Positions 46,674 to 57,100 of a stretch of DNA of 64,000 bases are shown piece by piece. The notes beneath the pieces are model-generated. The model did no database searches. It was not told where the DNA came from and saw nothing but the letters and a program-made list of their open reading frames with translations. The position numbers were made by a program, and so were the translations under genes. Numbering within the stretch: position 1 is the stretch's first letter; each line of letters begins with the position of its first letter. The stretch is from Bacteroidota bacterium. Lineage in GTDB: Bacteria > Bacteroidota > Bacteroidia > Bacteroidales > NBLH01. The stretch is from the NCBI GenBank assembly GCA_039714415.1, contig JBDLJL010000004.1:5469-69468 (forward strand), in the 5' to 3' direction.

Positions 46674-49088
46674 ATGATCCTCAATAAAAGAATAATACTA
46701 TTTGGATTACTCATTTTCTTTTTGAAAAGTGCTCAATCCCAAAATATTTCAAAGGCCTATCAGTTATATGAAAAAAAGGAGTATAAGCAGGCAATAGATA
46801 TTTTTAGAAATTCAATAAGTAAAAAAAAGGAAACTCTTCCTTCAAAATATGGGCTTGCTTTAATTTATGCCGATACCAACTATTACAAGTACAAATACCG
46901 TTTGTCATATAAATCAATTCTTTATGTTCAGAAACGATTTTATAAGCTTCCTGAAAGCGATAAATTAACTTATTCTTCAAAATATGGGTTAAATGCTTCA
47001 TCTGTTAATGAGTTGAGAAGCCGGATTTTAGACGGGGCTTTTTTAGAGGCTTGCAATTCTGGTTCAGTTGAAAAAATGGATGAATTTATTTATGTTTATA
47101 AAGATTCTGCCATAAACAAAAAAGCGGTTCATTTTAGGAATGAAATGGTGTTCAAAAACTGTCTCGATCAGAATAATATTGATACTTACCAGGCATTTTT
47201 AAAGAAATATCCAAAATCTCAACAGGCCGACTCAGTAAAAAAGATTATTGAAAGCTTAATTGTTTTTGAATACGAGGAGTGCGCTGCTAGTGGCGAATTA
47301 GAACCTTTTCTCAAATTCGTTGATAAATATCCGGGATTTATATATCCTGAAAGATTAAAAAGGGATTTGGGAAATGCTTATTTAGCTGACAAACTTGATC
47401 TTGATAAAACATTTAGTTACGGGATGCTATCAGTTTATGAAACCTATATAAAAAAGGCAGCACCTACTGAATTGGCATTTGTTGCATTACAACGGATTTT
47501 AACACCTGAGCTTATTCAAAGAGACTGGTCTTCAGCTATAGAAATACTTGAGGAATACGAATCGTATTTTCCTGATGATGAGAGAATTAATAAAACAATT
47601 CAAATGTTGGGGGCGGCAGGCGAGAAAATACAAAAAGAAAATATCAGCACTAAAATAAATACAAATGGTCACGAATATGCACCAGTTATAAGTGCAAGTG
47701 GTAAGCGGCTATATTTTTGTGGAAGAAAGAGGGAAGGTAGCATTGGTGGGGAAGATATATTTGTTTCAAAATTTATAAACAATTCATGGACAGAACCTGA
47801 ACTGATTAGGGGTATAAATACACCCTATGCTCATGAAGCCCCCTTGGCAATTTCGGCTGATGGTAACAGGCTTCTACTATATGCTAATACAGATATTTAT
47901 TATAGTGACAAAACTTATTCAGGTTGGGGCATCGCAAGGCCATTTCCATCAGTTAATACTGAAAAATCATGGGAGGCGGATGCAATGATGACTTCTGATG
48001 GCAATGCAATTTTATTTATATCAGACAGGAAAGGAAATATTGGTCAACACCATGTATTTGGAAAAAATTTTCATGGTAGCTATGCCGGAAACCTCGATAT
48101 TTATGTTTCAGAGAAAACTGAAGATGGTTGGTCAAAACCTGTAAACATAGGTGAAAAAATAAACACTCCTTATGCTGAACGAAGTCCGTTTTTGCACCCT
48201 GATATGAAAACCTTGTATTTTAGTTCTGATGGCCATGCAGGGCTTGGTAAGTTGGATGTTTTTAAAACTACCCGTTTAAATGATACAAGTTGGACTGAAT
48301 GGTCAGAACCTGTTAACCTTGGCAAAGAAATAAATTCATTTGGTGATGAATATGATTATAAAATTTCAACAGATGGGAAAATGGCTTATTTGTCTGTTTT
48401 TGAGACTGATAACTATGATATTTATCAAATGGAATTGCCTGTTTCTATGAGGCCTGAAGCGGTTGCCGTAATATTTGGGACCATTAAAAATTCGGATGAG
48501 GAATTTGAACATGCCAAAATAAAATGGGAAGATTTAACAACCGGAAAACTTATAGGGTTTTCAGAATCAGATATTAATGATGGAAGCTATTTAATTATAT
48601 TACCATTGGGAAAAAATTACGGTTACTATATCGACCACAAAAACTATTTTCCACTTTCCGGGAATGTTGATTTAACAAATCAAAAAGAACAGATAGAGAT
48701 TGAGAAGAACTTTGTACTGCGATCATATGTCGAAATTATTAATAACCAAGTGGCAATTCCATTGGAAAATGTATTTTTTGAGCATAATAAATACCAATTA
48801 AGACCGGAATCTTATTTAGAATTGAACCGTTTGGTTACGTTTATTAAAAAAAATGAGGGTTTAAAGATTGAAATCTCTGGTCATACCGATAATACAGGAA
48901 CAACACAATACAACAAACAGCTCTCAAAAAAAAGGGCAGATGCAGTAAAAAATTACTTAATTAAACAGGGCTGTAAACAATCAAATTTATCATCTGTGGG
49001 TTATGGTGAATCTCATCCTGTAACAAAAAATGATACGGAAGAAGGTAAAGCCAAAAACCGAAGGGTTGAATTTAGAGTAGTGAAATAA
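46674..49088 (+). CDS. OmpA-family envelope protein (helical-repeat N-terminus, TolB-like repeats, OmpA C-terminal domain)
   Basis: Signal peptide. Repeated NT.YAE.SP..S.DG..LYF-type blocks (INTNGHEYAPVISASGKRLYF, INTPYAERSPFLHPDMKTLYF). C-terminal OmpA motif ISGHTDNTG...NRRVEFRV. Confidence 0.85.
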   Translation: MILNKRIILFGLLIFFLKSAQSQNISKAYQLYEKKEYKQAIDIFRNSISKKKETLPSKYGLALIYADTNYYKYKYRLSYKSILYVQKRFYKLPESDKLTYSSKYGLNASSVNELRSRILDGAFLEACNSGSVEKMDEFIYVYKDSAINKKAVHFRNEMVFKNCLDQNNIDTYQAFLKKYPKSQQADSVKKIIESLIVFEYEECAASGELEPFLKFVDKYPGFIYPERLKRDLGNAYLADKLDLDKTFSYGMLSVYETYIKKAAPTELAFVALQRILTPELIQRDWSSAIEILEEYESYFPDDERINKTIQMLGAAGEKIQKENISTKINTNGHEYAPVISASGKRLYFCGRKREGSIGGEDIFVSKFINNSWTEPELIRGINTPYAHEAPLAISADGNRLLLYANTDIYYSDKTYSGWGIARPFPSVNTEKSWEADAMMTSDGNAILFISDRKGNIGQHHVFGKNFHGSYAGNLDIYVSEKTEDGWSKPVNIGEKINTPYAERSPFLHPDMKTLYFSSDGHAGLGKLDVFKTTRLNDTSWTEWSEPVNLGKEINSFGDEYDYKISTDGKMAYLSVFETDNYDIYQMELPVSMRPEAVAVIFGTIKNSDEEFEHAKIKWEDLTTGKLIGFSESDINDGSYLIILPLGKNYGYYIDHKNYFPLSGNVDLTNQKEQIEIEKNFVLRSYVEIINNQVAIPLENVFFEHNKYQLRPESYLELNRLVTFIKKNEGLKIEISGHTDNTGTTQYNKQLSKKRADAVKNYLIKQGCKQSNLSSVGYGESHPVTKNDTEEGKAKNRRVEFRVVK

Positions 49089-49145
49089 GTAAACATTCAA
49101 CTTTAAGATGTTATCATTGTACGGTTTGGTAGTTGTTGTATCTGA

Positions 49146-49760
49146 CTATTCAATCAGGGTAAACTTAAATACAATATAATGCTCTACTCCAAATTTCGCT
49201 CCCCATTCGTCTGGAGGAGTACCTTCACGGGTTAACGCACAATATGAAAAACGACCTGGACTATTGGGTACTTTATATGGTAAGCTGTAAACCAGAAAAT
49301 TAATAGGAGCATTTTTCGCAAATAGCTTTTCACGATTTGATGTAACCCTCAAACTGTACATATCTTTATTTGTTGTTCCAAATTTCTTTATTATCGAAAA
49401 TCGGGGTAAGTGAAATTGAAATTTAACTGTGTCGGATTTTTCTTTTTTTGACATTATTCTAATTTTTACCGTATCAATTTCATTTTGCAATTGAAACCTT
49501 TTAGTATAAACAATAGTATCAGTTTTTACTTTTTTATCCTTCCAATATTCATTTGAGGTTAAAAGGAAGTACTTATTCTTTATTTCTTTGCCTGAAATAT
49601 TTATTTTGAAATAGTTGATATTTTCAAAGCGATAAAAATCCAATAATTCCGTAGACTCAACACCAGTAATATCAATTTTTAAAGAATCACCTTGTTGACT
49701 AAATGTAGAATTAGTTAATATGGATAAAAAAAGTGTTGTTAAAATTATTCTTATTTTCAT
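49146..49760 (-). CDS. Hypothetical secreted protein
   Basis: Signal-like MKIRIILTTLFLSILTNSTFSQQ. No motif recognised. Confidence 0.5.
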   Translation of the reverse strand: MKIRIILTTLFLSILTNSTFSQQGDSLKIDITGVESTELLDFYRFENINYFKINISGKEIKNKYFLLTSNEYWKDKKVKTDTIVYTKRFQLQNEIDTVKIRIMSKKEKSDTVKFQFHLPRFSIIKKFGTTNKDMYSLRVTSNREKLFAKNAPINFLVYSLPYKVPNSPGRFSYCALTREGTPPDEWGAKFGVEHYIVFKFTLIE

Positions 49761-49926
49761 TATGTATAGTATTTATTTTAATGCTTTCTTTTGGCTAAAA
49801 TCTGAAAGGGATTAAAAGTATAATACTTTCATTTACCATGTAGCCAATTTTTTTATTTTGATTTTATTTTGACTCACTAAAGTCAAATTGAGAATTTTCA
49901 ACATATTTTTTTATTATGCGAAATTA

Positions 49927-50823
49927 TTATTTTAATAAGTCATCTATTATTTGTTCTATTTTTTTAATATGATCTTTATGATAACCTGTTAACCTATCTA
50001 CAACTTCAAGGTTTTGGTTAATTAAAATATGGGTTGGAAACGAATTGATGCTATAATCATCGCTATTAATTAACACGATATCATAAGAAAAAGGATGTTT
50101 TGGTAAAAAATCATTTATAAGTTTTTCCTTAGGGGTATGAGTCGCAGGGGCAATAAATACTACATCTTTTCCTTTCATATTTTCAACTAATGCATTGAGT
50201 TCAGGCATTTCAGCAATACATGGACCACAGGTTATGCTCCAAAAATTTAAAGCGATTACTTTACCTTTTAATGAGTCAGAAGAAAGTAAATTACCATTAA
50301 TGTCTGTGTATTTAAAAGGTGCAATAGTCTTTCCAGTTTCGTAACTAATTCTTTTTCCAAACCTGGGATCTATAATTTTCGAAAAAGTAGAATCTAATGA
50401 AGGAATCATCTTTAAGATAAATGTAAACTGCATTTTAGTTGACATAAACTGGGTAAAAAACCAATTTTGCCCATTATTGTTTGAAATTCCCAAAACATAT
50501 CCTAATGAATTACGAAACTTATTTTGGAATAATGCTTGGTATTGATTTTTATGGATTGAAAATTTTAAGACACTAATAATTTCTGTCTTAGCTGTGTCAG
50601 ATGCCATTATTTTTTGCCACATGCCGGCATATTTATCTTTATTTGCCTGATCATTACCATACTGGGAAGGGAGCAAGTAGTCAACGTATTTTTGATAATC
50701 CCTGCTATTGAAGCACTTTGCCATTTGCGCTGCATGAAAAAGAGCATTCTTTTCTATATTTTCTTGTGCAGCTACGTTTCCAATAATAAAGAGAAGCATT
50801 GCTAATAATTTAAATTTTTTCAT
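49927..50823 (-). CDS. TlpA-like thiol:disulfide oxidoreductase (thioredoxin fold) with N-terminal extra domain
   Basis: Signal peptide, and the CxxC active site in ALNFWSITCGPCIAEMPEL. Confidence 0.8.
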   Translation of the reverse strand: MKKFKLLAMLLFIIGNVAAQENIEKNALFHAAQMAKCFNSRDYQKYVDYLLPSQYGNDQANKDKYAGMWQKIMASDTAKTEIISVLKFSIHKNQYQALFQNKFRNSLGYVLGISNNNGQNWFFTQFMSTKMQFTFILKMIPSLDSTFSKIIDPRFGKRISYETGKTIAPFKYTDINGNLLSSDSLKGKVIALNFWSITCGPCIAEMPELNALVENMKGKDVVFIAPATHTPKEKLINDFLPKHPFSYDIVLINSDDYSINSFPTHILINQNLEVVDRLTGYHKDHIKKIEQIIDDLLK

Positions 50824-50879
50824 GAATTAAATTATTTCTTGTTTGTGGTTTTTTTATATACTTTAATCTGTACGTATTA

Positions 50880-52712
50880 TTATTTGTTATCAGTTTCCTT
50901 TAATTTAACAATCACAACACCATTTTTTGCTTTAATACCATATTTTTCAATACCCGTTTTGTCTTTTATCACTTCCATTGATTCAACTGACTCAGGATCT
51001 AGTTTTTTCAGCTCTGCTTTTGTTGACTCTTTACCATTGATAATAATAAGTGGCACATCCTTAACATCATCATTAGAAAATGATGATATAATTATTTTTT
51101 TAGAATTATCTATCGGGTTCTTTTTTAATGATACTGATATTACGTCATTTTTTCCTTTGTTGCCATAAAGAGCAGTCGCTGTTTTACCTTTTAATACTGA
51201 AATGGATTCTATTGAATTAGGATTCAAGCTGTTTATGGTGTTTATGGTTGATACTTTACCATCAATAATATATAAGGGCTGTCTGTACTTATCAATATTA
51301 TTATTGTTTAAGAGGGTATTTAAGAAACCTTTAACTTCATACTTATTTTCTAATTTTTCTGAGGTGGTTTTAATTTCTGTTTCAAGCTCAATATTTACTT
51401 TTTTTGTACTTGCCATCAGGTCTAATTTGTAATGCCGTGGTTGAAAACCTTTTTTTACAAACAAAATTTCACCTTGATGCTCTTTTGGTATTTTTTGGTT
51501 TCCAACAAAACTGAAAGAAAATTCACCTTTTTCATTGCTTGTAGCCTGCAATTCCCCGTATTTGTTGTAAATTTTAACATCCTTAATGGGGTTTTGTGTT
51601 TCTTTTGAGCTTACTTTTCCTTTAACCTTCTTTTGAACCTTAGTTTCAGTATGAACCTTAGTTAATGTCGGTTTAACTTGTTCTTCTTTTTTATTGACCT
51701 TAGACTTGGTATTAGTTAGTTTGCTTTCCTGTGTGGCAACAATATTATCTTTTAATTTGATTTTACCTACGTTACTAGTTGTATAAACAGGAGCCTCTTT
51801 TGGCGGATTATTATTGATTTTGTCAGAATTAGTAAATCCTAAAAAAAATAATGTTATTAAAGGCACTATTATAATTCCTTTTAACCAGCTTGTATACCTG
51901 TTTGAATTTTCTTTATTCATCATAATTATGCGTTTTTTTGTAAGATTTTTATTAAAATGATTAACTAATTGTATTTGATTATTTCCTGACAAAATATTTA
52001 TCAGGGAATATTGATATCGTTTTGGTTCAGAAGCTTGTTTTAGCATGATTTTGTCAACACTGTAATCATGGTTTAGGGCAATTAGCTTTCGTAACCACCA
52101 TGCAAAGGGATTCCACCAATGAAATACTAATAACAGTTCGGCCAGAGAAATGTCAATTGAATGCCATTGAGCGATATGAGTTTTCTCATGCTCAAGAACT
52201 AGGTCTTTGTCAATATTTTTTTCCAAACTTTTTGGTAAAAATATAGTTCGAAAAAAAGAAAATGGGCCTGTTTGTTTATCCGGTAAAATTGCAAGCTGAA
52301 ATCCTTTAAATCTTTTTAATTCTGAGCGTTTTTTTAACCTGATCGTATAATTATAAGCCCATAATAGCTTTATCAGTAATACAAAACTTATGAAACCGTA
52401 CAGAAATAATCCTGCCATCTCCCATGAGAATGAACTTTCTGCAGGAATTGGTACAGGTATATGAGCAGCATTATTAACTACCAGCGGGGTAACTGGAATA
52501 TTTGCAATATCAGGTGTTCCAAATAACAAATCTTTCACCCATAACGGCATAGCAATCAACGGAATAATCCATGGTAAAAAAAGGTTACTTATTAAATATG
52601 CTCTATTTCGGTTTAAAAAATTGTCATTAGATAAAAACAGGATATAAATTAACACGGAAATAGCTAGAAGTATTCCACCTTTTATTTGGAATTCAAAAAA
52701 TGTTATTGCCAT
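50880..52712 (-). CDS. BlaR1/MecR1-like M56 metallopeptidase sensor with extended C-terminus
   Basis: Polytopic N-terminus with HExxH (LEHEKTHIAQWH). The C-terminus has a CarboxypepD_reg-like block and two plug-like repeats (SISVLKGKTATALYGNKGKNDVISV, SMEVIKDKTGIEKYGIKAKNGVVIV). Confidence 0.8.
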   Translation of the reverse strand: MAITFFEFQIKGGILLAISVLIYILFLSNDNFLNRNRAYLISNLFLPWIIPLIAMPLWVKDLLFGTPDIANIPVTPLVVNNAAHIPVPIPAESSFSWEMAGLFLYGFISFVLLIKLLWAYNYTIRLKKRSELKRFKGFQLAILPDKQTGPFSFFRTIFLPKSLEKNIDKDLVLEHEKTHIAQWHSIDISLAELLLVFHWWNPFAWWLRKLIALNHDYSVDKIMLKQASEPKRYQYSLINILSGNNQIQLVNHFNKNLTKKRIIMMNKENSNRYTSWLKGIIIVPLITLFFLGFTNSDKINNNPPKEAPVYTTSNVGKIKLKDNIVATQESKLTNTKSKVNKKEEQVKPTLTKVHTETKVQKKVKGKVSSKETQNPIKDVKIYNKYGELQATSNEKGEFSFSFVGNQKIPKEHQGEILFVKKGFQPRHYKLDLMASTKKVNIELETEIKTTSEKLENKYEVKGFLNTLLNNNNIDKYRQPLYIIDGKVSTINTINSLNPNSIESISVLKGKTATALYGNKGKNDVISVSLKKNPIDNSKKIIISSFSNDDVKDVPLIIINGKESTKAELKKLDPESVESMEVIKDKTGIEKYGIKAKNGVVIVKLKETDNK

Positions 52713-52715
52713 GGT

Positions 52716-53090
52716 TTATTGATTTTTGTTCTTATTTTCTATCAAGTCAATTAACTCTTTCAAATCATCTATATTTAGTTTTTCTTCTTTTACAAAAAAA
52801 GATACCACGTTTTTATAGGAAGACTCAAAATAGTCAGAAACCATATTTTTAATTGACATTTTCCGGTAATCTTCTTTAGTCACAGCAGGATAGTATTCAT
52901 GCGAGTTTCCATAAGAATTATGTGCTACAAATCCCTTATCTTCCAGGCCTCTAATAATTGTACTAAATGTGTTGTAATGAGGTTTAGGATCGGGATGTTT
53001 ATTTAGCAGATCTTTTACAAATCCTTTTCCAGCTTCCCATAAGATCTTCATTACATCCTCTTCACGTTTTGTTAATTGTTTTGTAATCAT
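52716..53090 (-). CDS. BlaI/MecI/CopY-family transcriptional repressor
   Basis: A 124-aa winged-helix protein (LTKREEDVMKILW...FSTIIRGLEDKGFV), 3 nt upstream of the M56 sensor gene. Confidence 0.85.
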   Translation of the reverse strand: MITKQLTKREEDVMKILWEAGKGFVKDLLNKHPDPKPHYNTFSTIIRGLEDKGFVAHNSYGNSHEYYPAVTKEDYRKMSIKNMVSDYFESSYKNVVSFFVKEEKLNIDDLKELIDLIENKNKNQ

Positions 53091-53263
53091 TACACTTGAT
53101 TTTTATTACGATAAAGAAATGTTGACAGAACAAATATAACTATAAAATTCGTTATAGCAACTAAAAAAATAGTTTGTTTGCAAATTCTTTTTCAATGAAT
53201 AATATAATAGCCATTAGGTGATAATAGTGCTCAATGTTCTTTGTAAAGTGAGGGTGTTAACCC

Positions 53264-53284
53264 CAAAAATTCATAGAATTTTTG
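53264..53284. repeat. 9-bp perfect hairpin CAAAAATTC-ATA-GAATTTTTG
   Basis: Direct reading, inside the 622-nt non-coding region. Confidence 0.7.
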
Positions 53285-53358
53285 CTATCACAGATAGCGT
53301 CTAAGTTCAGCTATAATTTTGAGTAATCAAAATTAAGTTTCCCTAAGTCGGGGTTTCT

Positions 53359-53400
53359 CGCATTTTAGATTCATGGTTAGAAAAAACCATGAATAATGCG
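53359..53400. repeat. Extended hairpin CGCATT..TTCATGGTT-AGAAAA-AACCATGAA..AATGCG
   Basis: A 9-bp and a 6-bp perfect stem, separated by small internal loops. Confidence 0.7.
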
Positions 53401-53440
53401 GGTTAATTTTCTAATTCAAGCACTCTAGGATATGGGTGAT

Positions 53441-53550
53441 CTCTAAAAATTCAAAATTCGAGGCTTTCTGATTTTTTTAGGCTCGATTTTACTTCTGTAA
53501 ATGAGTGTCTTAAAAAATCAGAGTAACGAAGAAGTTGGGATATTTAGAGG
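53441..53550. repeat. Structured intergenic element, copy D
   Basis: The stem CTGATTTTTTTA (53468-53479) / TAAAAAATCAG (53511-53521) encloses the core TTTACTTCTGTAAATGAGTGT, which is 19/21 identical to the copy A core. Outer CTCTAAA / TTTAGAG arms flank it. Confidence 0.6.
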
Positions 53551-53712
53551 TTGCCTATGGTTAATTGCACCCCGTAATGGATAATGATACTGAAGAAGAC
53601 GAGAATTTGGAAAGCGAAAAAAAATCGGTGAGTTGAATTCAAGGTACTTAAATAAAAAAGACCATCCATTAAGGATAGTCTTTTTTAATATTTATTAAAA
53701 TCAATATCTGAA

Positions 53713-54033
53713 TTACGCTTCGGCTGTTGGTCCACCAAAAGTTAGTGGCATCATGGGCGTACCCGAAGTATCAATATTTTTAATCGGGCCATGTAATGAT
53801 TCAAACTTCTTAACATTTTCCTGTAAGGCCAACATTAATCGTTTTGCATGTTCAGGTGTAAGAATTATTCGTGAATTAACCTGGGCTTTCGGAACTCCGG
53901 GCATAACTCTTACAAAGTCAACAACAAATTCACTACTTGAATGAGTAATAATTGCCAGGTTAGAATATTTACCTTGAGCAACTTCTTCATTAAGCTCAAT
54001 ATTAATTTGGTTTTGATTTTTTTTATCATCCAT
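53713..54033 (-). CDS. DUF3467-like small protein downstream of rpoC
   Basis: 106 aa (GKYSNLAIITHSSSEFVVDFVRVMPG). From memory, this position after rpoC is typical of Bacteroidota. Confidence 0.7.
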   Translation of the reverse strand: MDDKKNQNQINIELNEEVAQGKYSNLAIITHSSSEFVVDFVRVMPGVPKAQVNSRIILTPEHAKRLMLALQENVKKFESLHGPIKNIDTSGTPMMPLTFGGPTAEA

Positions 54034-54062
54034 TCTATAAGGCTTATTAATTTGTAATTAAA

Positions 54063-54125
54063 AGTCTTCAGTCTACAGTAGGCAGCATTGTACTGAGAAA
54101 CTACCTACTGAGAACTGCTTACTTT
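54063..54125. repeat. Nine heptamer-phased words (AGTCTTC AGTCTAC AGTAGGC AGCATTG TACTGAG AAACTAC CTACTGA GAACTGC TTACTTT)
   Basis: Abuts the rpoC stop codon (54126-54128). ACAGTAGGCAG is 10/11 identical to ACAGTAAGCAG in the parE-parC array. Confidence 0.7.
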
Positions 54126-57100
54126 CTACTCTTCTTTCTTATCTTTAACAAGGCTCTCATATTCTTCCATGGAACCTACAATTACATTTTTGTATTGTCT
54201 TTTTCCTGTTCCTGCTGGTATCAAATGGCCAACAATTACATTCTCTTTTAATCCTTCAAGGTAATCGACTTTTCCATTAATAGCAGCTTCATTAAGAACT
54301 TTTGTGGTCTCCTGGAACGATGCTGCTGAAATAAAGCTTTTTGTTTGAAGAGAAGCCTTTGTAATTCCCTGAAGAACCTGACTTGATGTTGCTGGGATAG
54401 CATCTCTTGTTTCAACCAAAGCAAGGTCTTTACGTTTAAGTAAAGAGTTTTCATCCCTTAGTTTTCTTGCAGAAACTACCTGCCCGGGATGAAGTGCCGT
54501 TGAATCACCAGCATCAACAACCACTTTTTTCCCAAAGATACCATCGTTTTCCTCCATGAATAACCTTTTATCAACTACTTGTTTTTCAAGGAAATTTGTA
54601 TCTCCGGAATCTGCAATAATAACTTTTTTCATCATCTGGCGAACAATCACCTCAAAATGCTTATCATTTATTTTTACACCTTGTAACCGATAAACTTCCT
54701 GAACTTCATTAACAATATATTCTTGTACTTTTGTTGGTCCTTTTATAGCTAGTATATCAGCAGGTGTTGTTGCTCCGTCTGAAAGAGGTATACCGGCTTT
54801 TACATAATCATTTGCCTGTACAAGTATCTGTTTTGACAAAGAAACAAGATATTTTTTCTCATTTCCTGATTTTGATGTAACAATTATTTCCCTGTTACCT
54901 CTTTTAATTTTACCAAATGCAACTACTCCATCAATTTCTGATACAACAGCCGGGTTAGAAGGGTTTCTTGCTTCAAATAATTCAGTAACACGAGGCAGAC
55001 CACCGGTAATATCACCAGCTTTTCCCAGGTTCCTTGGTATTTTAGCAAAAACATCACCCTGATTAACTATATCTCCTTCCTTAGCAATAATATGTGCGCC
55101 GGTTGGAAGGTTATATGTTCTTAAAATTTCACCTTCATCAGAAACAATATTAATTTCAGGATTTTTTGTTTTATCTTTCGTTTCAATAATTACAATTTCA
55201 AGTAAACCTGTATGTTCATCTGATTCTTGTTTAAAGGTGATACCTTCAATCAAATGTTTAAACTCAATTTTCCCAGAATTTTCAGAAGCAATTACTGCAT
55301 TATATGGATCCCAATCACATATTTTTTCATCCTTTTTTACTTTCGCACCATCTTTAATATAAAGTTTAGAGCCATATGGTATTGAATGTGTTGATAAAGT
55401 AATTCTTGTATTCGGGTCAATAATTTTTAACTCAGCCATACGTCCTATTACAATCTTCACTTTTTTCCCATCATCAGTATCATGGTCAACAGTTCTCAAT
55501 TCTTCAAACTCTGCAATACCATTATATTTTGATATTACACTTGATTCTGTTGCAATATTACCAGCAGTACCACCCACGTGGAAGGTTCTTAATGTCAGCT
55601 GTGTTCCTGGTTCCCCAATTGATTGGGCTGCAATAACACCAACAGCCTCTCCATTTTGAACCATTCTACCAGTTGCAAGGTTACGTCCGTAACATTTTGC
55701 ACAAACACCTTTTTTTGATTCACATGTTAATACGGAACGAATTTCAACACGTTCAATAGGTGAATTTTCAATAACCCTGGATATATCTTCTGTTAATTGC
55801 TCACCTGCAGCGATAATTAAATCTCCGCTTAACGGATGGTAAATATCATGAACTGAAGTTCTACCTAAAATTCGGTCGAAAAGTGATTCAACTACCTCTT
55901 CGTTTTTCTTAAGTGTGGTAGCAACCAATCCTCTTAATGTGCCACAATCTTCCTGGGTAATAATTACATCCTGCGCTACATCTACCAAACGACGAGTTAA
56001 ATAACCTGCATCTGCTGTCTTTAATGCCGTATCGGCCAAACCTTTACGGGCACCGTGCGTTGAAATAAAGTACTCAAGTACGGATAATCCTTCTTTAAAG
56101 TTTGAAAGAATTGGATTTTCAATAATTTCTGCACCTGAGGCACCTGATTTCTGTGGTTTAGCCATAAGACCCCTCATACCTGAAAGCTGCCTGATTTGTT
56201 CTTTTGAGCCCCTGGCACCTGAATCAAGCATCATATAAACAGAATTAAATCCCTGATTATCAGTTGATAGTTGATTCATCAATGTCTGGGTTAAACGCGC
56301 ATTTGTATGTGTCCAAACGTCAATAATCTGGTTATACCTTTCATTGTTGGTAATGAATCCCATATTATAGTTATTCAATACTTCATCAACTTGTTCGTAC
56401 CCTTCTTTAACCAATGTAACTTTTGCTTCTGGAATAATTACATCATCCAGGTTGAAAGATAGACCACCTTTAAAAGCCATATGATATCCCAAATTCTTAA
56501 TATCATCAAGGAATTGAGCTGTAACTGCAGTTCCTTTTATTTTGAGAATATTACCAATAATGTCCCTAAGTGCTTTTTTAGTCAATAATTCATTAATAAA
56601 ACCAATTCCTTCCGGAACATGTTTATTAAACAAAACCCGTCCAAGCGAAGTGTCAATTAACTTATTAACTATTTTTTCATCTTCAAGAACATTAGCTTTT
56701 ATTTTTATATTGGCATGAAGTTCAACTGCACCTTCATTATAAGCTATAACAGCTTCTTCTGCTGAATAAAATACAAGGCCTTCACCTTTAACCGGCCTTT
56801 CTTCGCTACTTTTTCTTGATTTAGTAATATAGTACAAGCCAAGTACCATATCTTGCGAAGGAACAGAAATTGGAGCACCGTTAGCAGGATTTAAAATATT
56901 ATGTGAGGCAAGCATTAGAACTTGAGCTTCAAGTATAGCTGCATTACCTAATGGTAAGTGAACAGCCATCTGGTCACCGTCAAAGTCAGCGTTAAAAGCT
57001 GTACAAACTAATGGGTGCAACTGAATTGCTTTACCTTCAATTAATTTAGGCTGAAACGACTGTATCCCTAATCGGTGTAGGGTAGGAGCCCTGTTCAATA

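Noticed and set aside
50839-51168. A 109-aa + strand ORF, with another at 51202-51432, antisense to the BlaR1-like gene
   Set aside because: Shadow ORFs within a supported coding region, with hydrophobic low-complexity translation.
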